From Verrucomicrobiales bacterium (GTDB lineage: Bacteria; Verrucomicrobiota; Verrucomicrobiia; Verrucomicrobiales; V1-33), in assembly GCA_031411295.1 (NCBI GenBank), contig JANOAV010000162.1, positions 1 through 45,887 of the forward strand: a DNA stretch of 45,887 nt, written 5' to 3'. A program made the translations under genes and the position numbers. This document shows, piece after piece, positions 8,994 through 19,404 of the stretch. How positions within the stretch are numbered: position 1 is the stretch's first letter; every line of letters starts with the position of its first letter. The notes beneath the pieces were generated by a model, which was given only the letters and a program-made list of their open reading frames with translations, did no database searches and was not told where the DNA came from.

Positions 8994-9725
8994 ATGCCTC
9001 GTTCCACTCAGCCTGCCTATTTCCCTGCCACCGCCTGGACCCGAGTTCTGCGGGCGCAGGACCTACAGTCCCCAGAAGCCCGGCAGGCTCGGGAGGAAGT
9101 TTGCCGCACGTATTGGCCCCCGGTCTATTCCTATTTCCGAGCGCTGGGGTGTGAGCGCGAAGATGCGCTGGACCTGACGCAGGAACTGCTAGCTGATTTT
9201 TGCGATGGCGGTGGCTTAGACCGGGTGGATCGTGAGATTGCTAGCCTGAGGAGTTATTTGAAGACCACGGTGCGACATCGTTTGATCAACTTCCGTCGCG
9301 ATGCCGAAGCCCAGAAGCGCGGCGGTGGTTCATTTATCCTGTCACTGGATGAGATCGACGAGAGTTCAGTGCCAACAGATCCAGCCATGGCCGACGCCTT
9401 CTACGACCGCCGCTGGGCATGGACCATCTTCAACCGCGCGATGGATCGCCTGGCGGAATCGTATGCCTCACGCGGTAAAGCTCCGTTGCTTAACGAATTG
9501 AAGGGAGGTTTAATTTCTCCTGAGACACTGAAACCTTACGCTGAAATCGGTGCAATGTTCAGTGTGGGAGAAGCTCAAATCAAACTGGAAGTGCACCGGG
9601 CGCGCAAGCGTTTGGCGGACACCTTGCGCCAAGAAGTCTCGGCCACCCTGGAGCCTGGTAGCCCTGCGACCACCGTGGAAACCGAACTGCGTTACCTGCT
9701 TCACGTCCTTGCCCATGGCTCTTGA
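8994..9725 (+). CDS. ECF-type sigma-70 family factor (kinase-associated type)
   Basis: FPATAWTRV, YWPPVYSY, DALDLTQ, AQKRGGG, YDRRWA and EVHRARKRL motifs. The stop overlaps the kinase start. Confidence 0.9.
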   Translation: MPRSTQPAYFPATAWTRVLRAQDLQSPEARQAREEVCRTYWPPVYSYFRALGCEREDALDLTQELLADFCDGGGLDRVDREIASLRSYLKTTVRHRLINFRRDAEAQKRGGGSFILSLDEIDESSVPTDPAMADAFYDRRWAWTIFNRAMDRLAESYASRGKAPLLNELKGGLISPETLKPYAEIGAMFSVGEAQIKLEVHRARKRLADTLRQEVSATLEPGSPATTVETELRYLLHVLAHGS

Positions 9726-11586
9726 AATCACCTGTCCGCGTTGTGCTCAACCGCTGGAGCAACAGGCCATTCACGGCATGTGTGCCTCATGTCTGGCACG
9801 GGGGATGGATGATCTGCTCAATCTCCCCGATCCCCCGCTGCTGGCTGATGCTCCACCCGCCGTGTCGGGTTACGAACTTCACCACCCCATTGGCCTTGGC
9901 GGCATGGGCCAAGTCTTTGCGGCTACCGAGGTTGCCACCAACACGCAAGTTGCCGTGAAAATCCTTGCAAATCGCTGGACTGCGGACGCAGAAGCGACGG
10001 GACGTTTCGAAGCAGAGGCCGAAGCACTGCGACTGCTCGACCACCCCCATATTGTGCAAATCTGCTCCACCGGCCAGACTGAAGACGGCCGACTCTTCAT
10101 CGCAATGGAGCTTGTGCAAGGATGTGATCTAGGCCGCCTGCTCCGCGTGGAGAAACTGGCTCCAGCACGCGCTTACGACATTTTCCTCAAAGTCGCATCC
10201 GCCCTGACCCATGCACACAGCCGGGGGATCGTGCATCGGGACGTGAAGCCATCCAACATCCTTATCGGGCAAAATGGCACAGTCAAACTAGCCGACTTCG
10301 GCTTGGCTAAACATTTGGCGGATGAACACAGTCACTATGGAATCGGCCGCCTAACGCAAACGCGGGACACCTTCGGCACTCCCTACTATATAGCGCCAGA
10401 AGCCCTCCGTGGTTGCTCAAACCTCACTCCAGCGGCCGATGTGTATGCTGCTGGCATCCTGCTCTATCATTTATTAACGGGCTCTCCTCCCCTCGGAAAT
10501 TACACGCCGCTCAGCAAGGCCGCCAGTCTACCACGGAGTTCGGACATCGCACTATCCAATGCAATTCAGGCCAATCCGGCCCAACGCAGTCAGCATCTCA
10601 CCGCGCTAGTAAAAAGTGTTACCGCCGCGCAACACGGCTATTCACGCCGGAGACAAAAGCTCATTGCACTTGGTGCAGTGGCCGCAACATGCCTAATCAG
10701 CGGGGCCTGGTTGCTCGGATGGTTAACAGGCAGACCCACCCCACCGCCGCCACCGCCAGTCTATATTGATGCGAAGTTGGCGACGACCGCTGAGCCCTGG
10801 ACGAACAGCCTGGGAATGAAATTCGTTCCTGCGGGCGTCCCAAATTTGCTGTTCTCAGTTTGGGAAACCCGCCGCCAAGATTTCGAGACATTTGTCAAAG
10901 CTGATCGCTCTTTGATGCCACAGTGGAGACTCGAATCACAAAAAACGAAGCGGCGTTTTGAACGTGCCCAATGCCTCACCAAGGACGGTTGGGAGCAGAA
11001 TACAGCCACCTGGGAGAATCCTGGCATTCCCCAAACTTCTGGTGATCCAGTGATTTTTGTGGCGCAACTAGATGCCAATCTTTTCTGTGATTGGCTGACA
11101 CTTGTCGAGCGAAGCACTGGCCGCCTAGCTAAAGTGCAGTATTACCGCCTCCCCACCGCCGCCGAATGGAAATCCGCCGCTGGAACCACACGCACCCACA
11201 GTAACCAAGCCGGAGCAGAAGTCCGCCAAGGCCCCTGGCCTATCAGTTGGGAAACCTTTGTTGAACGTGACCAGTTCCCTTATACCGCACCCGTGGGCAG
11301 CTTTGCCACCCAACCGAACGGCCTCTGCGACATGCAGGGAAATGTGCGAGAATGGACCTCGACACCCTCCACCAAAAAGAGATCAGTCTCACGCGCAGAC
11401 TTCTTCATCCTCTGCGGAACCGCCTGGACCAGCGGAGCAGCAGATGACACTACCCGCACCGAGGCATTGCGCACTCATAGTTCCGCAGATGTTGGTTTCA
11501 GATGCGTGCTGGTGCTTGAACCGGAGCAAACTGAGTCCGAGGAAGTTATACCGAGTGAGGACGGAGGAAATTTACAGGTCAACTAA
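9715..11586 (+). CDS. Membrane Ser/Thr protein kinase with a C-terminal FGE-sulfatase (SUMF1-like) domain
   Basis: CxxC..CxxC N-terminus, GLGGMG, VAVK, HRDVKPSN, DFG, GTPYYIAPE, a TM helix, then NSLGMKF, YRLPTAAEW, DMQGNVREW and DVGFRC. Start taken at ATG 9715. Confidence 0.92.
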   Translation: MALEITCPRCAQPLEQQAIHGMCASCLARGMDDLLNLPDPPLLADAPPAVSGYELHHPIGLGGMGQVFAATEVATNTQVAVKILANRWTADAEATGRFEAEAEALRLLDHPHIVQICSTGQTEDGRLFIAMELVQGCDLGRLLRVEKLAPARAYDIFLKVASALTHAHSRGIVHRDVKPSNILIGQNGTVKLADFGLAKHLADEHSHYGIGRLTQTRDTFGTPYYIAPEALRGCSNLTPAADVYAAGILLYHLLTGSPPLGNYTPLSKAASLPRSSDIALSNAIQANPAQRSQHLTALVKSVTAAQHGYSRRRQKLIALGAVAATCLISGAWLLGWLTGRPTPPPPPPVYIDAKLATTAEPWTNSLGMKFVPAGVPNLLFSVWETRRQDFETFVKADRSLMPQWRLESQKTKRRFERAQCLTKDGWEQNTATWENPGIPQTSGDPVIFVAQLDANLFCDWLTLVERSTGRLAKVQYYRLPTAAEWKSAAGTTRTHSNQAGAEVRQGPWPISWETFVERDQFPYTAPVGSFATQPNGLCDMQGNVREWTSTPSTKKRSVSRADFFILCGTAWTSGAADDTTRTEALRTHSSADVGFRCVLVLEPEQTESEEVIPSEDGGNLQVN

Positions 11587-11589
11587 CTT

Positions 11590-11961
11590 CCCCTCAGTTG
11601 TGGGGGATTGCACCGAATCGATCTCGTTTATGCTGGGGCATGATCAACTTCCTCCCCCCCTTTTAGAAAACCATCAACCCACCGCGAACTACGCGGACGC
11701 AAGGTGCGAGTCCCGGCCCGCAGCCTGCGCAGCTTGGTGCAGGCCATGCCATTTAGTCCCACCGCCCTGATTTGTGACATCGAGGGCGCGGAGCAATACC
11801 TTGATTTTGGACAACTACCCGCGTCGGTGACCAAAATCATTCTGGAAGTGCACCCCACCATGATCGGCCAGAATATGGTGGAGCGCACTCTGGAAAGCCT
11901 CCGCGCCCTCGGCTTTCGCGAGCGGGCGTGGCAGGAAGATGTCGTTTGGCTGGAACGATAG
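11590..11961 (+). pseudogene. C-terminal remnant of an FkbM-family methyltransferase
   Basis: ALICDIEGAE and IILEVHP...LRALGF motifs. The N-terminal SAM-binding half is absent, and the upstream part appears to be in another frame. Confidence 0.65.
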
Positions 11962-11978
11962 GTTTGATTGAGTGCGAT

Positions 11979-13355
11979 TTAGGCCAGGAAGCCCAAGTCC
12001 GTTTGGCTGAAGTTTTGGAGGTTGGGGAATATGTCAGCCATGTTGGAAGCATCCACCCCGAACCATTTTGCCAGGGTGGCGGAATATTGGTCCACGCTGG
12101 TGGTGGGGATCCAGCGACCGCTGCCGGTGTCGTCGGGGCCGTTGACGGCCAGGGTGGGGAAGGTTCCGTAGAGCTTGCCGCCTTGAACGGCTCCGCCCAG
12201 CACCATTTGATGCGTGCCCCATCCGTGATCGCTGCCCACGCCGTTGCTGGGATACGTGCGGCCGAAATCGGATGCGGTGAACGCGGTCACTTGGTTGGCG
12301 ATCCCCATTTCTACAGTGGCATCGTAGAACGATTTCATGGCTTGGCTGACTTGCTGCAGCAAGGCGGCTTGGCTGTTGATCTGTTCGCCATGGGTATCGA
12401 AACCACCGAGTTGGCAGAAAAAGATTTGGCGAGTCATGCCAAGTTGCGTGCGCGCATTGATGACGCGGGCGATCATTTGCAACTGGCTGGCCAACGTTGA
12501 ATTGGAGGGAAAGGTGGTTGCCAGGGAATGACTGGCCTCAGCGGTGTTAATGGCATTGGTGAGCGTGACGGAATTGTCGAGCGAACGCGTGTTGAGGGCC
12601 GCGAAATCCCGCTGCAGCAAGTTGGTTCGATTCAGGGCGAGGATATCCTTCATCGCTTGGAGGCGGGTGGCATCGACACCTGTCAGCGGGACGGCTCCGT
12701 CCGTGGTGATCTGATATTGGGTCACGTTCTCCCCAACCTCCCACGTGCATGCTCCGGCCAACGAGATGGACATGCTGATGGGAGCACTGCCGTTCACGCT
12801 GTAGAGGCGATCGGCCATGCGTCCACCCCAACCGGTCCGGCTGATTTCGCCTGCCAGAGACGTTTGCCATTGGGTGACTTGATCGTTGTGGGAAAATAGT
12901 TGTGAGGGAGTGCGCGCGGAGTTGGCTTGATATTGGGCTTTGGTAATCGGTTCGACCAACGTGCCGACGTTGCTGAGAAATGCTAGCTTTCCGCTACCAA
13001 AGAGGGTGCCAAGTTCAGGCACGCTGCCGTGCAACCCGAGATCATAGGGCGCACCGCTGGTGGGCGTGATGGGCAGGAGGGAGGCTGAGGAAAGGGCGAG
13101 ATTCTGTCTGGCGGTCGCATAGTTGGTGTAGTCAGCGCCACTGCGCGGGACGAGCAAATTGTTGGTGTCATTTCCTCCGCTGAGAAAGATGCAGACGAGG
13201 GCTTTGTAATCGCCTGTGGTGATGGCGCTCTGTGCCATGGCTGATCCGATCAAACGAAGATCGAAGAGCGTGGAACCAAGTGCAGCGGTGAATCCTGCGC
13301 AACCAGCGCGACGCAGGAAGGAACGGCGGGTGAGATTTTCGAGGGTGGAGTGCAT
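11979..13355 (-). CDS. DUF1501 family protein with a Tat signal
   Basis: TRRSFLR signal, [40 protein letters not shown] and [12 protein letters not shown] motifs. Confidence 0.92.
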   Translation of the reverse strand: MHSTLENLTRRSFLRRAGCAGFTAALGSTLFDLRLIGSAMAQSAITTGDYKALVCIFLSGGNDTNNLLVPRSGADYTNYATARQNLALSSASLLPITPTSGAPYDLGLHGSVPELGTLFGSGKLAFLSNVGTLVEPITKAQYQANSARTPSQLFSHNDQVTQWQTSLAGEISRTGWGGRMADRLYSVNGSAPISMSISLAGACTWEVGENVTQYQITTDGAVPLTGVDATRLQAMKDILALNRTNLLQRDFAALNTRSLDNSVTLTNAINTAEASHSLATTFPSNSTLASQLQMIARVINARTQLGMTRQIFFCQLGGFDTHGEQINSQAALLQQVSQAMKSFYDATVEMGIANQVTAFTASDFGRTYPSNGVGSDHGWGTHQMVLGGAVQGGKLYGTFPTLAVNGPDDTGSGRWIPTTSVDQYSATLAKWFGVDASNMADIFPNLQNFSQTDLGFLA

Positions 13356-13385
13356 GGGATTGAGTAGTTAGTGGTTAAATTTCAT

Positions 13386-16300
13386 TTATTTCATGATGCA
13401 AAACTCAGGACTGATTGAGATCAGGAATACGGCGGCCCGGACTCGTTCGAGTTGGCGCGCGGAGGTGTTTACGGTGTTAATCGTGTTGAGGTGATTCACG
13501 ATGATGTCCTTCATACTCTGACTCATTTGTCCGGCCATGAGATTGGTATTAAGCGTATCCACCAGGGTCGTTGGCGTGTCCGCCAATGCCATTTCTGTAG
13601 TTAGGGTAACCTTGATATCCTGGCCTTGACCTTCCCGTGCATTGCCGACTCCGACGTAGAGCAAGTTTTGCACAAAGTTGGCCGTGAGGATGACTGAGGC
13701 TTCTGAGGTGATTTGGAATTCAGGGGCATAGAGGTTGTTATCGCCCGTCTCAGCCGGATAGATGTAATTGGGTTCATAGAAATTGAAGACCGATGCTGCG
13801 GAGAGCGGAGTCTGGCTGAGTTGGAAAATGCTGCCGTTGCTGGTGCCGCCCATGTTCCAATAGCCGCTGGTGGAGGAGCCGTGAAGGGCTCGCAGCAAAG
13901 CGGTGATGCGGAGCACTGGTTCGCGCAGATGGCTGTATCCTTGCTGGTTGCGGTAGGAGGAGTCGCGTGCTTCGGGGTCCATCAGAATGGCTTTGATGAC
14001 GGGTTTCATATCTCCCCGCACCCCCGAACCATTGTCGTTAAAGATACTGGCAACGCGGTAAACGTAGGCGGGACTGGGATTGGAGGTCACCAAGCGCTGG
14101 ATGAGTTGGCGGCAGATAAATGGACCGACATTGGGATGATAGAAAATGGTATCGATGGCGTTGTCCAAATCAGCAGCCCCGGTTTGCCCTGCGGGGATCA
14201 CGGCTCCGTTGAGAATCGTCTTGGCCGTGACGTCGTGATTGGCTGCGGTATTCACCATGGGAACGCTGTCCTGTGGACCTCCGCCGCCGCTGGCGTAGGT
14301 CCAACCGGTGAAGGTGTTGGCGAATCCGACGACGACATTTTGATCATAGGTGGGCAGTGGTATTCCTTGACTGCTGAGGACCAGCGTTCCATCCGGATGC
14401 AGGTGATTGAGGCCAATACTGAACAGTTGAAGCACTTCCCGGGCATAGTTCTCATTGGCCGTGCGACCAATGCTAGGATCTGCTTTCTTGTTGCCCAGCA
14501 TATCGAGATAGAGGCCCATGGCGGGTGCGAGAGTGGCATTTTTCAACAAGGTGCGAAAATTTCCCAAGCCGTCATTGACGAGAAAATCGTAATAGTAGGC
14601 GCAGGCTTTAGCACGTTGTTGCAGGGTGCTATCGAAAGAGATGACCAGGGTTTGACTCAGGGCAAAAGCAACGCGCTGACGCAATTGATCCTGACCAGTG
14701 GCGGCCGTTTTATACCATGAGCGGAGGAAGTAGGGACTGGGGGTGAGGTTGGGTTGCACTGGTGGGATGGCGGCAATGTTGGCCACGGTATTGGTTAGGT
14801 GGCTGGTGGCGGTCTTCGTAAATTGATCGTCGATCCAGGCGGAGTAACCGAGATTTTTCACGGAGGCGATGGAAGCAGCATCGGCTCCGAAGGACGCTTG
14901 TTGCAGGAATCTCACGGCTTCCGCATCGTCTGGTGCAGGCCCGGTCCAGGCGGGCACAGAGGCTGGAGGAGTGAAGAATTGGGAGCCGACGGCTAACTGG
15001 AAATATCCTTTAATTTCCCCAGTGGGATAGTTCACGGTATGAATATTGAGGTAGCATTGTCCCGTGGTGATAATGTTGACGATGTCGCTCACGGAAATGT
15101 TTCCGGTAGCCGTGAAGGTCCATTGATAAACGCCGTTGGCATCGGGCGTAGCGTCATCAATATCATAAATAATGGCCCCGGCATGGGCTCCACTATGCAG
15201 GTGCATGCCATTGACGGCGGAGGTGAGATTGGAGGAGCTGAAAGTTAAGGTGGCAGCGGTCTGGGCTTCGTTGACTTGCAGGACGCCATATCCGGCCCCG
15301 AGGGAGGATGCTCCATTCTGTGGTGTTAGGGTTGCCAGATAGAGCGTGGAGGAACCGGAAGTTGCGATCGGTGCCGTGTAAGGATGCAGGGCGTAGGCGG
15401 GGACGATCTCACTGGGAGCGGTGGTGGCATCCGTAGGTTTGGCCCAACCGATTTCCACATGGTCAGCCCCGGTGTTTTCCTTTTGGATCAATTCGATGTA
15501 ATAGCCTTGTCCAGCCGTCATGGCCACCGGGAGGGATTTCTGCGTTGACGCTAACGTCCACTGATTCACGTTGCTGGGTGCAGAGAGAAACGCCCTGAGT
15601 AATTTATTGGCTGGTTCGGTGCTGCTGGATATCCAGAGTTCGGCGGATTCATCGCCACTGATCCAGAACGTGTAATTTCCGGACAAGGGAGCGTAGAGGT
15701 AGCCTCGCATGCGCGAGCCGAAACCATCCGTGACATTGCTGGGGCCTTGCAACAATGAGACGGTGCCCGTGCCCGTGGGCGTCGAATAGACTGGCACTCC
15801 GCTAACGCCCCCACTGGTGGTCAGTCCGTTCCAATAGTCTCGCGTGATGCTGTGGCCGGTATTGATGATAGTGATCGCGAGCAGCATCGTGTTGGCTCCC
15901 GCACTGTTTTGTGCGCCAACGGTCACGAGATTCAGACCGGACGCGGCTGCCAACGGTGTTCCTGAGATGCGCCCCGTGCTCGTGTTGATGCTTAATCCAC
16001 TGGGTAACCCGTTTGCGAAATAGGACGTCGGGGAGTTCTGGGCGGAGAGATCGAACTGAAATGGCCCGTCCACTAATCCGCCCGTGTGGTTGGCGTTGGT
16101 GAGCACTGGAGCAATGCCGGTGGCGGTGCCGATGGTAACGGTGGCTGAGCTTGGTGTGCCCACGGTGTAGCCACTGCCAGGTGCCAACGAGAGGACAACG
16201 GTTTCCGCGGCCTCACTGAATGCATCTGGTAATGGGGAAACGGTAACAGTAGCGCTTGTCGCGCCTGGAGCAAAGTAAACCGAGGTTGGCAAGGCGGGGT

Positions 16301-17003
16301 AATCGGTTCCCGATATGGCGGTGCCCGTGGTGGAAAGGTTGACGGTGCAGGCTGTGAAATTCCCCTGTCTAATAATCGTAAAACTGCCGGCGTCTGGGCC
16401 GGATTCGCTGGCCAGAGCATCGCTGGCTAAGATTAAGATCGTGTTGGCAGAAGCCAACATTTCAATGGCCATAGAAAGATCACCCAGGCCGTTGGCGGCA
16501 GTATCTGCGTTCTGTGGATTCAGTCCCAGCAGGAGTTCCTCCCAATCGTTGACCCCATCACCATCGCTGTCCCGATCTTGCGCGGAAATGCGGACAAACA
16601 GGCGGTCCCCGCTGGTGTTGCACGAGGCCGGAAGGACAGCCCCTGTGCCGCTGATGGTCGCGCCTTGGTTAGCCCAACTGCTCAGAGTCGTCGTGGATTG
16701 GAGTTGATAAGATTTGCCAAGCTGGGTGGCGAAATTTACCTGAACGGTCGTGGCGGTGGTGGAGAAGGATGCTAGATCCAGCTTGGAGACTGCATTGGTG
16801 GGATCGGTTCCGCTGACGCTTTCCTCCAGATTGGTCTGGCCATCGCCATCGGTATCATCATTGGGATTGACCGCAGTAGGGTAAAGCAATTCATAAACAT
16901 CGCTCATACCATTCGAATTTTGATCGATACCGATCATGCCGGTATGGGCGGTGGCAAAGGTGAGCGATGAGAGTATGACGCAGAGGGAAAGGAGGAGTTT
17001 CAT
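13386..17003 (-). CDS. DUF1800 family protein with Calx-beta-like, Ig, PA14 and CHRD domains
   Basis: Signal at ATG 17003, PA14 (GSRMRGYLYAPLSGNYTFWISGDE), CHRD (HLH...YLNIHTVNYPTGEIKG), DUF1800 (DQLRQRVAFALSQ, NENYAREVLQLFSIG, LIQRLVTSNPS, SVFNFY). Confidence 0.92.
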   Translation of the reverse strand: MKLLLSLCVILSSLTFATAHTGMIGIDQNSNGMSDVYELLYPTAVNPNDDTDGDGQTNLEESVSGTDPTNAVSKLDLASFSTTATTVQVNFATQLGKSYQLQSTTTLSSWANQGATISGTGAVLPASCNTSGDRLFVRISAQDRDSDGDGVNDWEELLLGLNPQNADTAANGLGDLSMAIEMLASANTILILASDALASESGPDAGSFTIIRQGNFTACTVNLSTTGTAISGTDYPALPTSVYFAPGATSATVTVSPLPDAFSEAAETVVLSLAPGSGYTVGTPSSATVTIGTATGIAPVLTNANHTGGLVDGPFQFDLSAQNSPTSYFANGLPSGLSINTSTGRISGTPLAAASGLNLVTVGAQNSAGANTMLLAITIINTGHSITRDYWNGLTTSGGVSGVPVYSTPTGTGTVSLLQGPSNVTDGFGSRMRGYLYAPLSGNYTFWISGDESAELWISSSTEPANKLLRAFLSAPSNVNQWTLASTQKSLPVAMTAGQGYYIELIQKENTGADHVEIGWAKPTDATTAPSEIVPAYALHPYTAPIATSGSSTLYLATLTPQNGASSLGAGYGVLQVNEAQTAATLTFSSSNLTSAVNGMHLHSGAHAGAIIYDIDDATPDANGVYQWTFTATGNISVSDIVNIITTGQCYLNIHTVNYPTGEIKGYFQLAVGSQFFTPPASVPAWTGPAPDDAEAVRFLQQASFGADAASIASVKNLGYSAWIDDQFTKTATSHLTNTVANIAAIPPVQPNLTPSPYFLRSWYKTAATGQDQLRQRVAFALSQTLVISFDSTLQQRAKACAYYYDFLVNDGLGNFRTLLKNATLAPAMGLYLDMLGNKKADPSIGRTANENYAREVLQLFSIGLNHLHPDGTLVLSSQGIPLPTYDQNVVVGFANTFTGWTYASGGGGPQDSVPMVNTAANHDVTAKTILNGAVIPAGQTGAADLDNAIDTIFYHPNVGPFICRQLIQRLVTSNPSPAYVYRVASIFNDNGSGVRGDMKPVIKAILMDPEARDSSYRNQQGYSHLREPVLRITALLRALHGSSTSGYWNMGGTSNGSIFQLSQTPLSAASVFNFYEPNYIYPAETGDNNLYAPEFQITSEASVILTANFVQNLLYVGVGNAREGQGQDIKVTLTTEMALADTPTTLVDTLNTNLMAGQMSQSMKDIIVNHLNTINTVNTSARQLERVRAAVFLISISPEFCIMK

Positions 17004-17118
17004 GGCTTCAATGGCTGAGGGTGGTTGGGTGTGAGGTAACTTGGGCCACGTTCTGAATTTCGTAAATGCACCCACGGGAGTATTGGCGTTCTTTCTTTCT
17101 GGTGTATAAAAGTGCGGC

Positions 17119-18657
17119 ATGAGAAAGATTCACTGGTTCCTGAATCCGCTGCCCGTCGCACTGATCGTGTTGGCGCTGGCTTTGGTGCCTTTGGTTACTG
17201 CCATTCGTCATTATCAAGCCGCCTCGCAGGCGAGTGACGAGGCGCTCTTCGCGGCCACGGCGGCCACGGTTGAGGAGAAGCTAAAGGTGGTGACGATTCG
17301 CCACATGGGGTGGATGAATATTGCGAGGAATCGCATGACGAATGAAAAGGATCGGCCCCTACCGCCGATGGCATGGCGCAATCCACCAGCGCACTTGGCT
17401 TCCCTGGCCTACATTAGTATGGCTTCGGGTAAGCCGATGGTGGTCTGGACGCGGAAACTGCTGCATCCCCCAATCATCAATGAACAGACGGATCTGACGA
17501 CGTTTCCGGAAATCACCAAGATGATTAACGAACTGGCCAAGGCGAATTTCCTGGATCGGCAATCGTCCCGGAGCATCGCGTGGCAAAAGCATCAAGTGTG
17601 TGTGGTAATGGGCTCCCAGCAGGATAACAGCGGTTATCTGATTGGCTGGCTCGATCTTGACAGCCTGTGCGCGGATCCTTCCGTAGAAATTGCTGGCGTG
17701 GCCAATGCCGTCCACATCAGAGCCTTGGATGCCGGAGAAGATTCGGGTGGTGGACGCACCTTCATGGTGGGCGACGGAAGTGTTCAATGGCGTGGCGTGA
17801 CGAGCCGGGGGCCGCAATACGGGGCCATCTTCACGCATCCACCGCCCTATTTGCCGCTGGTGGTGGGGATTCTCTCGGTGCTGTTCCTCGCGGTGTTAGC
17901 AGGATTTGCCGCCAAGGCTAGACTCACGGCACTTAGGGCGATCGAACTGAATGCCGCCTTGGAGGCCGAACGCGAACTCAGTCGGCTGAGAGGGCAGTTT
18001 ATCAATTCAGTGTCCCATGAATTCCGCACGCCACTGAGCGTCATTCAATCATCGGCCGATCTGTTGCTAAACTATGGGGATCGCCTTGAGGGAACGCGGC
18101 GGACGGAAGCGCTGACACAGATCCAAGCATCGACCCAGCAAATCGGAGGAATGGTGGAAGAAGTCCTGCTGCTAGGGCGATTGGAGGCCCAACGCATCGA
18201 GTGCAAACCTTCGCCTGTAAACCTCGCAGACCTTTGCCAACAAGTGTCCCGAGATATCGCGACGAGCACCCAAGGCCGCAATCCACTCAAGCTTGAAATG
18301 ACGAACACTCCCGAGAGTGTTACCGTGGACCCAGGGCTCGTCAGAGGCATCCTAACCAACCTCATTTCTAATGCCGTGAAATACAGCGCTGCTAGCAACG
18401 AGGTTTCCCTAACTGTATCGGCAGATGCTGGAAACATAACGTTTACGGTGCAGGATAGCGGAATCGGTATTCCAGCGGAGGATCTTCCGATGGTGGGTGA
18501 GCTATTTCATCGTGGCAGTAACATTGGCGATACGCTCGGGACCGGCCTGGGGCTTGCAATTGTGAAGCGCAGCACCACACTGCATGGCGGTGATTTCCAC
18601 CTGCACAGCGAACTTGGCGTTGGCACCAAGGTGACCGTAACTCTGCCCATATCATGA
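17119..18657 (+). CDS. Membrane sensor histidine kinase
   Basis: Two TM segments, H-box VSHEFRTPL, NLISNAVKYS, DSGIGI and GTGLGL. Confidence 0.95.
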   Translation: MRKIHWFLNPLPVALIVLALALVPLVTAIRHYQAASQASDEALFAATAATVEEKLKVVTIRHMGWMNIARNRMTNEKDRPLPPMAWRNPPAHLASLAYISMASGKPMVVWTRKLLHPPIINEQTDLTTFPEITKMINELAKANFLDRQSSRSIAWQKHQVCVVMGSQQDNSGYLIGWLDLDSLCADPSVEIAGVANAVHIRALDAGEDSGGGRTFMVGDGSVQWRGVTSRGPQYGAIFTHPPPYLPLVVGILSVLFLAVLAGFAAKARLTALRAIELNAALEAERELSRLRGQFINSVSHEFRTPLSVIQSSADLLLNYGDRLEGTRRTEALTQIQASTQQIGGMVEEVLLLGRLEAQRIECKPSPVNLADLCQQVSRDIATSTQGRNPLKLEMTNTPESVTVDPGLVRGILTNLISNAVKYSAASNEVSLTVSADAGNITFTVQDSGIGIPAEDLPMVGELFHRGSNIGDTLGTGLGLAIVKRSTTLHGGDFHLHSELGVGTKVTVTLPIS

Positions 18658-19268
18658 CCACGATCCTACTCATCGAAGATCACGCGCCACTCCGCCGCAA
18701 TCTGCAAGACATCCTTGTCCTCGAAGGTTTCCGGGTGCTCGAAGCTGGCGATGGATCCACCGGATTGGCTCTGGCCAAAGCCCATCTGCCGAACCTGATC
18801 ATCTGCGACATCATGTTGCCAGGCATGGATGGTTTGGAAATCCTAGCCGCTCTGCGGTCACACGCGGCTACCCGGTCATTACCGTTTGTTTTCCTAACTG
18901 CCAAAGGCGATCCGCCGGACATCCGAGCCGGCATGAATTTGGGAGCAGATGATTACCTTCCGAAGCCCGTTTCCAGCATCGATTTGTTGTCTGCGATTCG
19001 CTCCCGTCTCGCCCGGGCCACGCAACAACGCCTGCGCACAGCCCCGAGTTTCACCAGTTATGCACCCCTAGAAAAGCTCGGCATTTCCCCCAGGGAAGCC
19101 GAAGTCCTGCTCTGGGTGGCCCAAGGGAAAGGGAATCACGATATTGCCGCCATCCTCGATCTCAGCCCCGCCACCGTGAAAAAGCATACGATCCACATTT
19201 TCGAAAAGTTGGGGGTGGAAAGCAGAGTTTCCGCCATGCTGATTGCGATTGAATCTCTGGTTGGTTAG
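18654..19268 (+). CDS. NarL/LuxR-family response regulator
   Basis: Receiver domain (IEDH, CDIMLP, FLTA, PKP) plus LuxR HTH (SPREAEVL...TVKKH). ATGA overlap with the kinase. Confidence 0.95.
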   Translation: MTTILLIEDHAPLRRNLQDILVLEGFRVLEAGDGSTGLALAKAHLPNLIICDIMLPGMDGLEILAALRSHAATRSLPFVFLTAKGDPPDIRAGMNLGADDYLPKPVSSIDLLSAIRSRLARATQQRLRTAPSFTSYAPLEKLGISPREAEVLLWVAQGKGNHDIAAILDLSPATVKKHTIHIFEKLGVESRVSAMLIAIESLVG

Positions 19269-19404
19269 TGAATGGATAAGGCTAGGGGGGGCGCTCAGGT
19301 GTATTTTAAAAATACATCCACAGGATTCTCGCACTGGAAGCATTTGCGGCATAAGACTTGCGTCTATATCTCGGCTCCACCCTTCCGTTATGCCTTTCCA
19401 TATT

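Noticed and set aside
9550..9714. N-terminal extensions in the ORF track (kinase 9550, DUF1800 17120, PEP-CTERM 19243, uvrA 24174)
   Set aside because: Three overlap neighbouring genes, and all precede better starts or signal peptides.
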